32,000 bases of DNA from Delftia acidovorans NBRC 14950 (lineage in GTDB: Bacteria > Pseudomonadota > Gammaproteobacteria > Burkholderiales > Burkholderiaceae_C): NCBI RefSeq assembly GCF_001598795.1, contig NZ_BCZP01000009.1, positions 210,001-242,000 on the forward strand. Direction: 5' to 3'. The position numbers and the translations under genes are program-made. Below the pieces are notes generated by a model. It worked only from the letters and a program-made list of their open reading frames with translations, was not told the origin of the DNA and searched no databases. Of the stretch, positions 25,701 through 32,000 are shown one piece after another (positions within the stretch are counted from its first letter, which is position 1; each line of letters starts with the position of its first letter).

Positions 25701-28323
25701 CGGCATCCACGACCATGATGCGGCCCGCATCCTGCAGGTGCTGCTGCCCCTGCGCGATGCTGCTGGCGTGCTGCGCTTTGCGCCCGACGCCCGTGCGCTG
25801 GCCCTGCTGTTCTGGAGCGCACAGGCCCAGGTGCAGCAGCCGCAGCTGGCTGCCGCCATGGCGCAGTGGCCGCTGCGCGCCCAGCAGGCCCAGGCCATGC
25901 AGCAGATGTTCGGCAGCGAGGCCGAACAGCTGAGCCTGCGCACCGACATCTCCGAGCGCCTGCGCGCCTATGCCGAAGAACGGGGCCTGCTGCGCGACCT
26001 GCTGCCAGGACAGGCGGCGCCCGCAGACAGCGATATCGACAGCCTGATCCACGGCGCCGCCGACTACCTGCAGGCCGAGCTGGCGCAAAAGGCCGTGCGC
26101 TTTTCCTTCTCCAGCTACAGCCAGTCGGCCATTGCCGCGCTGCAGGCTGCCGTGCAGCAGCAGGCCCAGCCGCTGCAGCGCTGGGAAGAAATGCAGGCCT
26201 ACTGGCAGGGCGAGGACCGGCGCGACAAGGCCGTGGCGCCGCTGGACCAGCGCTGGCGCAGCGCGCTGCACTGGCTGCAGACCGCCTGCCGCGCGCTGGA
26301 CGACGGGCAAGGGCAGGCCTGGCTGGCCTATTGCGGCGAGGCCGCCGCCTGGCTGTGCTGTGCCGGCCAGTTGCCGTGCAAGGTCAGCAGCGTGGACCTG
26401 CGCCACGAAGTGCCGGGCCTGCTGGGCCAGCATCCGCGCATTGCGGACGGCCGCATGTGGCTGCAGATCGACGACCTGGGCCAGCGCGCCGCGCGCCATT
26501 TCCGTACCTTTGTTCCCGAATTCGGCCGCTACCAGGCGCTGCGCCAGCAGCTGCTGCAGGAGTGGCGCTCGCGCGTGCGGGTGGAGGAATTCAAGGCCCG
26601 GCCGCTGTCGTCCTTTGTGCGCAACCGGCTCATCAACGAGATCTACCTGCCCGTGATCGGCGACAACCTGGCCAAGCAGATCGGCGTGGCCGGCGAGAAC
26701 AAGCGCACCGACCAGATGGGCCTGCTGATGATGATCTCGCCGCCCGGCTACGGCAAGACCACGCTGATGGAGTACGTGGCCAACCGGCTGGGCTTGATCT
26801 TCATGAAGATCAACGGCCCGGCGCTGGGCCACTCCGTGCGCTCGCTGGACCCGGCCCAGGCGCCGGACGCCACGGCGGCCAAGGAGCTGGAAAAGCTTAA
26901 CCTGGCGCTGGAGATGGCCAACAACGTGATGCTGTACATCGACGACATACAGCACACGCACCCCGAGTTCCTGCAGAAATTCATCTCGCTGTCGGACGGC
27001 ACGCGCCGCATCGAGGGCGTGTGGAAGGGCCAGACCCGCACCCACGACATGCGCGGCAAGCGCTTTTGCGTGGTCATGTCGGGCAATCCGTACACCGAGT
27101 CGGGGGAGGTCTTCAAGATCCCCGACATGCTGGCCAACCGTGCCGACATCTACAACCTGGGCGATGTGCTGGGCGGCATGCAGGAGGTGTTCAAGCTCAG
27201 CTACATCGAAAACAGCATGACCTCGAACGCCGTGCTGGCGCCGATGGCCACGCGCAGCCTGCAGGACCTGTACCTGCTGCTGGACAAGGCGCAGGGCCGT
27301 GAGGTCTCGGGCAATGCGCTGTCGCACGACTACTCATCGGCCGAGCTGCGCGAGATCGAGGCCGTGCTGGCCCGCATGGTGCAGGTGCGCGAGCTGGTGT
27401 TCAAGGTCAACCAGCAGTACATCCAGAGCGCCGCGCAGGACGACGGCTACCGCACCGAGCCGGCCTTCCGGCTGCAGGGCAGCTACCGCAACATGAACAA
27501 GCTGGCCGAGAAGATCACGCCCGTGATGAACGACCAGGAAATGCAGCAGATGCTGGCCGACCACTACCAGGGCGAAGCGCAGATGCTGACCACGGGCGCC
27601 GAGGAGAACCTGCTCAAGCTCGCCGAGCTGCGCGGGCAGATGAGCGACGAGGACAGCGCCCGCTGGCAGCAGATACGCCAGCAGTTCCTGCGCCGCCAGG
27701 CTGCAGGCGGCGCCAATGCCGACGCCGCCACGCGCGTGACGGCGCAGCTGGTCGACCTGGTCGCCGCTACGCGCGAGGTGGCCCAGTCGGTGTCCCAGTC
27801 CCAGCAGCAGGCGATGCAGGAAGGCGCCGCCGACCAGGCCCACGCATCGGCAGCGGCCGCGCACGCCGCCGCCAGGGACGCTGACCAATCCCAGACGCTA
27901 CAGGCGCTTCAGACTCTGCTGGCGCGGCTGCTGCAAACCCAAAGTGCTGCAGGCGACTCGCTGCACGGCATACGCGAGCTGATGGCGCAAAGGGCGGCCA
28001 GCGAGCCCGTCGGCACCCAGGCCAGCACCCTTTCGGAGGTACAGGCCGCCCAGGAACGTCAGGCCCTGGTCCACATGCTGGGCCAACTGCTGACCCGGTC
28101 GCTGACCCAGTCCCTGGAGCCCGTGGTCACGCACCTGGACCAGGCCCGCCGCCAGCAGCTGGGCCTGCACCGCGTGCTGATGCAGGTGGCCACGCGCATG
28201 CAGGAGCAGATCGACGCCCAGCGCGCGGGCCGTCCCGTGCCGGCTGCGGGCGCCATACGCTCCGAGGAAATCGACAAGGCCTTCGAGCGCATGCAGCGCG
28301 GCGACGTGCCGCCTGCGGCCTAG
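22702..28323 (+). CDS. Giant (1873 aa) uncharacterised protein with a single MoxR/dynein-type AAA+ ATPase module
   Basis: GGAGGG SD (22691-22696) lies 5 nt before the ATG. Walker A is SPPGYGKTT (26737-26763) and Walker B is MLYIDD (26929-26946). A sensor/arginine region follows: VVMSGNPYTESGEVFKIPDMLANRADIY. The remainder is a beta-rich-looking N-terminal about 400 aa plus roughly 1100 aa of helical Ala/Gln/Leu/Arg-rich sequence. No TM or signal peptide is evident. Confidence 0.9.
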   Translation: MVPDTRKPVTPMSQPSPSSSQSLSPDTAASAVDQAVASGGSYEVLAKRLDGQGQALETLARQLNEERLEEFGRSQMEVIGRMRVRTENNCLGRDIAQVGGYLLFGYNVFMGLKQSTRVEDVFVLYRLHEGQQGYEVTPVDLKDSFLGIQSFVQDFQELYAYYKNTRLMQLAVRDGKLLASFQIGERLSDVRVFRWSVPVDGQPIRYIDNRGERDIELPAPHDFEWQRAGREQLVQGRHPHINVLDGVFVETLGGTLTIKVENNTNDGLGIYSEPVQEKNQSLDDAVFEYAAVGSLILLKILPYREEQWRYLIFNTLSRQVLRMDAIGAACIQLPQDHGIIFPGGYYLQSGENRSFEQNMQGMRYRRSIRSPNGEDVLYVFYEPESGRMALFKYNLIERALQPPIIGHGYARMDDGRVVIFAAESNEASRVHPMQVWRTPFASDDYAARQPQRDSFLGRIGNAELVSGISDLYSVRKEIAATEVSLPRYERLIDAARRLFERYHWLGAPQLKGVHETLLGIVATGDAVIDEYEKVESIRNASAKAMGEVSSRHGQLLKTLRLADWKSIGEYVDALTQLGQLRGQLMATRDLRYVDQAAIDTMVQGVNEAQAEVSQRTAAFIATDEAMQPYADQLQALDQAAQAAATVAQINEPLARMADMAAALDMLSELMGSLSIDDATQRTQVVDRISAVYARLNQVRARAEQRRSGLGGAENVAQFAAQLALFSQSIVSALGLAQTPEKCDEQLARLLVQLEEIESRFGEHEQFLGDIMAKREEVLESFEARRQSLQDERQRKAQGVLDAALRIVQSLPKRTEKLASADALHAFFAGDPLIGKLKELAQRLREQLHDPVKADDIDGRVKNLRDQAFRALQDRTELYEGDGAIIRLGRHRFSVGNQELDLTLLPRNGELFLHLVGTEYFEPMDNPELAALQAYWDASTPAESPQFYRGEYLALEVVLAARQRRDGWSEARLAQLLPDEAALTQAIREFSAPRYREGYERGIHDHDAARILQVLLPLRDAAGVLRFAPDARALALLFWSAQAQVQQPQLAAAMAQWPLRAQQAQAMQQMFGSEAEQLSLRTDISERLRAYAEERGLLRDLLPGQAAPADSDIDSLIHGAADYLQAELAQKAVRFSFSSYSQSAIAALQAAVQQQAQPLQRWEEMQAYWQGEDRRDKAVAPLDQRWRSALHWLQTACRALDDGQGQAWLAYCGEAAAWLCCAGQLPCKVSSVDLRHEVPGLLGQHPRIADGRMWLQIDDLGQRAARHFRTFVPEFGRYQALRQQLLQEWRSRVRVEEFKARPLSSFVRNRLINEIYLPVIGDNLAKQIGVAGENKRTDQMGLLMMISPPGYGKTTLMEYVANRLGLIFMKINGPALGHSVRSLDPAQAPDATAAKELEKLNLALEMANNVMLYIDDIQHTHPEFLQKFISLSDGTRRIEGVWKGQTRTHDMRGKRFCVVMSGNPYTESGEVFKIPDMLANRADIYNLGDVLGGMQEVFKLSYIENSMTSNAVLAPMATRSLQDLYLLLDKAQGREVSGNALSHDYSSAELREIEAVLARMVQVRELVFKVNQQYIQSAAQDDGYRTEPAFRLQGSYRNMNKLAEKITPVMNDQEMQQMLADHYQGEAQMLTTGAEENLLKLAELRGQMSDEDSARWQQIRQQFLRRQAAGGANADAATRVTAQLVDLVAATREVAQSVSQSQQQAMQEGAADQAHASAAAAHAAARDADQSQTLQALQTLLARLLQTQSAAGDSLHGIRELMAQRAASEPVGTQASTLSEVQAAQERQALVHMLGQLLTRSLTQSLEPVVTHLDQARRQQLGLHRVLMQVATRMQEQIDAQRAGRPVPAAGAIRSEEIDKAFERMQRGDVPPAA

Positions 28324-28580
28324 GCCCATCGCTGGGGCAAAGCCGGGACAAAGCCGGGGCAGGGCACATCGGCAAAGGCTGGGGCGCCTTGCTGGCGCTG
28401 CCTTTGCATGGGCCGGGGGCCCTCGCACGTCTGCATGCGCTGATCCGTCATCGGACAACCCGATGTCCCGGACGTTGGACCATCACCTACAACCCGAGAC
28501 GCGTCCCGAACCGATGCTTGGAGCGGCGTGTTCGCAGCAGTGTGCACGCCCCACGAACGAGCCAACACGATGGACGCCCC

Positions 28581-29225
28581 ATGGAACACAACACCCAGCT
28601 TTCCGTTTCGCGCAGGGACCTGCTGATTGCAGGTGCCTCCACGGCTGCGGCAACGGCCGTGCCTCGATCGGCCGGCGCGCAAGTGCAGCCTCCCTCCATC
28701 CCCGAAGGGGTCCAACTGCCCGTCACCCTGCAGGTCAACGGCAAGGAACACCGCCTGGACCTGGACACCCGCACCACGCTGCTCGACGCCCTGCGCGAGC
28801 ATCTGCACCTGACCGGCACCAAGAAAGGCTGCGACCATGGCCAGTGCGGGGCCTGCACGGTGCTGGTCAATGGCCGGCGCGTGGTGTCCTGCCTGAGCCT
28901 GGCCGTGATGAACCAGGGCGCCGCCGTGACCACCATCGAAGGTCTTGGCACACCGCAATCCCCGCACGCCATGCAGGCCGCCTTCGTGCGGCACGACGGT
29001 TTCCAGTGCGGCTACTGCACGCCGGGGCAGATCTGTTCTGCCGTGGGCGTGCTCGATGAAATCAAACGCGGCATGCCCAGCCATGCCAGCGAAGACATCG
29101 TGGCCCAGCCCCTGGTGTCGGCCCATGAACTGCGTGAACGCATGAGCGGCAACCTGTGCCGCTGCGGGGCGTATTCCAACATCGTCGATGCCATCACCGA
29201 AGTGGCGGGGGAGGGGCGCACATGA
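28581..29225 (+). CDS. paoA: Periplasmic aldehyde oxidoreductase, 2Fe-2S subunit with Tat signal (PaoA/YagT-like)
   Basis: Twin-arginine motif [18 protein letters not shown]. Two 2Fe-2S cluster motifs: [12 protein letters not shown] and CGYCTPG...CRCGAY. Internal Met of track ORF 28389..29225. Confidence 0.92.
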   Translation: MEHNTQLSVSRRDLLIAGASTAAATAVPRSAGAQVQPPSIPEGVQLPVTLQVNGKEHRLDLDTRTTLLDALREHLHLTGTKKGCDHGQCGACTVLVNGRRVVSCLSLAVMNQGAAVTTIEGLGTPQSPHAMQAAFVRHDGFQCGYCTPGQICSAVGVLDEIKRGMPSHASEDIVAQPLVSAHELRERMSGNLCRCGAYSNIVDAITEVAGEGRT

Positions 29226-30172
29226 TTGCCTTCACCTACGAACGCGCCCAATCCCCCGCGCAGGCCGCCGCCGCCGTGGCGGCCCGGCCGGGCGCCCGCT
29301 TCATCGCCGGGGGCACGAATCTGCTGGACCTGATGAAGCTGCAGATAGAAACCCCCGTGCATCTGGTCGATGTGAACGGCACCGGCATGGACACCGTGGA
29401 GCCCACCGCGCAGGGCGGCTTGCGCATAGGCGCGCTGGTGCGCAACAGCGACCTGGCCGCCCATGCGCGCGTGCGGCGCGACTACGGCGTGCTGACCCGC
29501 GCCCTGGTGGCCGGCGCCTCGGGCCAGTTGCGCAACATGGCGACCACAGGCGGCAATCTGCTGCAGCGCACCCGCTGCCCGTATTTCTACGACACCAATA
29601 TGCCGTGCAACAAGCGCGTGCCGGGCAGCGGCTGTTCGGCCATTGCCGGCGTGAGCCGCCAGCATGCGGTGATCGGCGGCAGCGAGGCCTGCATTGCCAC
29701 CCATCCCAGTGACATGGCCGTGGCGCTGCGCGCGCTGGACGCCACGGTGGAAACCATCCAGGCCGACGGCAAGGCCCGCGTCATCCCCATTGCCGACTTC
29801 CACCGGCTGCCCGGCAGTACGCCGCATGTAGAGACGGCCTTGCAGGCCGGCGAACTGATCACCTCCGTCACCCTGCCGCCCCCGCCGGGCGGCACGCACA
29901 TCTATCACAAGGTGCGTGACCGCGCTTCCTATGCGTTTGCGCTGGTGTCGGTGGCCGCCATCGTGCAGCGCGACGGCAGCGGGCGCGTGGCCCTGGGCGG
30001 CGTGGCGCACAAGCCCTGGCGTCTGGATGCTGCCGAAGCGTTGATGCCGCAGGGCGCCAGGGCCGTTGCCGACCGCCTGCTGGCGGGCGCCCGGCCCACG
30101 CACGACAACGCCTTCAAACTCCCGCTGGCCGAACGCACGCTCGCCGCCGTGCTGGACCAGGCCAGGAGCTAG
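29222..30172 (+). CDS. paoB: Aldehyde oxidoreductase FAD-binding subunit (PaoB/YagS-like)
   Basis: ATGA start/stop overlap with paoA (29222-29225). [19 protein letters not shown]...[14 protein letters not shown] is the CO-dehydrogenase-flavoprotein-type FAD domain. A Cys-rich stretch, [27 protein letters not shown], is consistent with the PaoB-type 4Fe-4S insert. Confidence 0.92.
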   Translation: MIAFTYERAQSPAQAAAAVAARPGARFIAGGTNLLDLMKLQIETPVHLVDVNGTGMDTVEPTAQGGLRIGALVRNSDLAAHARVRRDYGVLTRALVAGASGQLRNMATTGGNLLQRTRCPYFYDTNMPCNKRVPGSGCSAIAGVSRQHAVIGGSEACIATHPSDMAVALRALDATVETIQADGKARVIPIADFHRLPGSTPHVETALQAGELITSVTLPPPPGGTHIYHKVRDRASYAFALVSVAAIVQRDGSGRVALGGVAHKPWRLDAAEALMPQGARAVADRLLAGARPTHDNAFKLPLAERTLAAVLDQARS

Positions 30173-30438
30173 AGCGTGTTGTGCACTTTTAAGTGCCCGC
30201 GAAAGCCGGGAAAGGGGCCCGGAACGAGGCGTAGCACGCGCCGCGGTTGCCACACCGCAAGCGGGCTGCAACGAAGGGCCGGGCCCCTTTCCCGGCTTTC
30301 CCGAAGGGTTGGCTCTGTGCGCAGGCGCTCGCGGCGTTGCAGCGCTTGCCAAGGCATGGGCCTTGGCTGCGCACTGCGCCTTGCGATCACCAGCGCGCAG
30401 AGCCAACGCGGGTACTTAAAAGTGCACAACACGCTCTA
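30170..30438. mobile_element. MITE-like nested-palindrome element (about 265 bp) flanked by TA/TA
   Basis: Terminal inverted repeats at 30170-30201 and 30407-30438: TAGAGCGTGTTGTGCACTTTTAAGT is perfect over 25 nt and 31/32 overall. Internal perfect 22-bp IR: GAAAGCCGGGAAAGGGGCCCGG (30201-30222) / its complement at 30279-30300. A second internal IR is GTTGGCTCTGTGCGC (30308-30322) / GCGCGCAGAGCCAAC (30393-30407), 14/15. There is no credible ORF inside. Confidence 0.6.
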
Positions 30439-30443
30439 AAGCC

Positions 30444-32000
30444 ATGAAATTCGACACCCCCGCAACGGTCAACCCCATTGACCAGCTCAAGACCATCGGC
30501 CAGCCGATGAACCGCATCGACGGCCTGCTCAAGACCACCGGCACGGCGCCGTATGCCTATGAACGGCATGACGTGGTCCAGCACCCGGCCTATGGCTATG
30601 TGGTGGGCTCGGCCATCGCCAAGGGCCGCATACGCAGCATCGGGCTGGCGCAGGCAAGCCGCGCGCCCGGCGTGCTCGCCATCGTCACCGCGCAGACCGC
30701 TGGGAAGCTGGGCCAGGGCAAGATGAATACCGCGCCGCTGCTGGCAGGCCCCCAGGTGGCCCACTACCACCAGGCCGTGGCCCTGGTGGTGGCGGAGACC
30801 TTCGAGCAGGCGCGCGCTGCCGCGCAACTGGTCCGTGTGGACTACGAGCCCGTGGCTGGCGCCTATGACCTGGCCGAGGCCAAGGACTCCGCCGTGCCAC
30901 CCGACAGCATCAATGGCGATGCGCCGGATACGGCCATTGGCGATTTCGAGGGCGCCTTCGCTTCGGCCCCCATGAAGGTGGACGCCACATACACCACGCC
31001 AGACCAGTCGCACGCCATGATGGAGCCCCATGCCACGCTGGCCGCATGGAAGGGCGACCAGCTCACGGTATGGACCTCGAACCAGATGATTGCCTGGGGC
31101 CAGGGCGAGCTGGCAAAGACGCTGGGCATTCCCAAGGACAAAGTGCGCCTGGTCTCGCCATTCATTGGCGGCGGTTTTGGCGGCAAGCTGTTCCTGCGGG
31201 CCGACGCACTGCTGGCCGCGCTGGGCGCCCGCGCGGCAGGCCGGCCCGTCAAGGTCGCACTGCAGCGCCCGCTGATGGCCAACAACACCACGCACCGCCC
31301 GGCCACCATCCAGCGTGTGCGCATCGCGGCAGGGCAGGACGGAAAAATCACCGCCATCGGCCACGAAAGCTGGTCGGGCGACCAGCCAGGAGGATCGGCG
31401 GACGGTGCCGTGGACCAGACCCGTCGCATGTATGCCGGCACCCATCGCATGACCGCCACGCGCCTGGCCGTGCTGGACCTGCCCGAGGCCAATGCCATGC
31501 GCGCCCCCGGCGAGGCCACGGGGCACATGGCCCTGGAGGTTGCCATGGACGAGCTGGCGGAAAAGCTCGGCATCGATCCCGTGGAGCTGCGCATCCGCAA
31601 CGACACCCAGGTGGTGCCGGACAGCGGCAAGAAGCCGCAACCCGAGGCGAAGGAGGGCACCCCTGCCCAGGAGCACAAGCCGTTTTCCCGCCGTGAGTTC
31701 GTGCAGTGCCTGCGCACGGGCGCCGAGCGCTTCGGATGGAGCCAGCGCAATCCCCAGCCGGCCCAACGACGCGAAGGGCGCTGGCTGATCGGCCTGGGCA
31801 TGGCCGGCGCCTACCGAGGCGCCCCTGTCATGAAGTCCGCCGCCCGCGTGCGTCTGGACAGGCAGGGCATGCTCACCGTGGAAACCGACATGACCGACAT
31901 CGGCACGGGCAGCTACACCATCATTGCCCAGACGGCGGCCGAGATGCTGGGCCTGCCGCTGCAGCAGGTGCGCGTGCGGCTGGGCGATTCCGGCTTTCCC
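30444..32000 (+). CDS. paoC: Aldehyde oxidoreductase molybdopterin-binding large subunit (PaoC/YagR-like), 3' end outside the window
   Basis: This ORF is not in the track because it is open at the window edge. My own translation from ATG 30444 gives MKFDTPATVNPIDQLKTIGQPMNRIDGLLKTTGTAPYAYE...YGYVVGSAIAKGRI...HYHQAVALVVAETFEQARAAA. That is near-identical in idiom to E. coli PaoC as remembered (MKFDKPAGENPIDQLKVVGRPHDRIDGPLKTTGTARYAYE...). The frame stays open for 519 codons to 32000. Confidence 0.92.
   Translation, partial: MKFDTPATVNPIDQLKTIGQPMNRIDGLLKTTGTAPYAYERHDVVQHPAYGYVVGSAIAKGRIRSIGLAQASRAPGVLAIVTAQTAGKLGQGKMNTAPLLAGPQVAHYHQAVALVVAETFEQARAAAQLVRVDYEPVAGAYDLAEAKDSAVPPDSINGDAPDTAIGDFEGAFASAPMKVDATYTTPDQSHAMMEPHATLAAWKGDQLTVWTSNQMIAWGQGELAKTLGIPKDKVRLVSPFIGGGFGGKLFLRADALLAALGARAAGRPVKVALQRPLMANNTTHRPATIQRVRIAAGQDGKITAIGHESWSGDQPGGSADGAVDQTRRMYAGTHRMTATRLAVLDLPEANAMRAPGEATGHMALEVAMDELAEKLGIDPVELRIRNDTQVVPDSGKKPQPEAKEGTPAQEHKPFSRREFVQCLRTGAERFGWSQRNPQPAQRREGRWLIGLGMAGAYRGAPVMKSAARVRLDRQGMLTVETDMTDIGTGSYTIIAQTAAEMLGLPLQQVRVRLGDSGFP

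Noticed and set aside
22759-27327. 1522-aa minus-strand ORF spanning most of the giant ATPase gene
   Set aside because: It lies exactly antisense to a plus-strand ORF that has an SD, Walker A/B motifs and coherent domain structure. Its own translation is Arg/Gly/Ala/His/Leu/Val/Gln-rich with no recognisable motif. Stop-poor antisense frames are expected at this GC content.
30169-30447. Mirror-image 87-aa ORFs (both MLCTFK...LKVHNTL) and several 61-117-aa ORFs in the paoB-paoC spacer
   Set aside because: The near-identical termini on opposite strands are a direct consequence of the long inverted repeats. There is no SD and the composition is Arg/Cys/Gly/Pro-rich. I interpret these as a non-coding structured element.
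30387-31801. 459-aa and 312-aa minus-strand ORFs opposite paoC
   Set aside because: The plus frame from 30444 translates into a near-textbook PaoC/YagR N-terminus and stays open to the window end. The track omits it only because it lacks a stop inside the window.

Overview
This is a high-GC chromosomal segment. The protein idioms look betaproteobacterial (Burkholderiales/Comamonadaceae-like), which is an inference only. I can support 22 protein-coding genes and saw no rRNA, tRNA or CRISPR array.

Left to right:
1. An orphan T6SS hcp gene flanked by unusually AT-rich non-coding DNA.
2. A GntR/FCD regulator.
3. A short FliD-like protein, followed by a 4HB-HAMP methyl-accepting chemotaxis protein ending in a DWTSF tether pentapeptide.
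4. Two small exported proteins.
5. A CheA/CheW-less signalling module: a CHASE3-GAF hybrid kinase with three receiver domains, a CheR-type methyltransferase, a receiver-less CheB-type esterase, and a REC-histidine kinase.
6. A minus-strand run of a CheY-like regulator, a metallophosphoesterase, a DAG-kinase-family lipid kinase, and a dCache-HAMP-(degenerate GGDEF)-EAL protein.
7. The stand-out locus at 18.2-28.3 kb: YjfI/DUF2170-like, PspA/IM30 (YjfJ-like), YqiJ/NfeD-like membrane protein, a 691-aa flotillin, and a 1873-aa protein carrying one MoxR/dynein-type AAA+ module. I read this as a candidate membrane-remodelling machine whose giant ATPase is, to my knowledge, uncharacterised.
8. paoABC-type periplasmic aldehyde oxidoreductase genes. 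A roughly 265-bp nested-palindrome MITE-like element sits exactly at the paoB/paoC junction and separates paoC from its apparent Shine-Dalgarno.

Most long opposite-strand ORFs in the track are GC-driven antisense artefacts.
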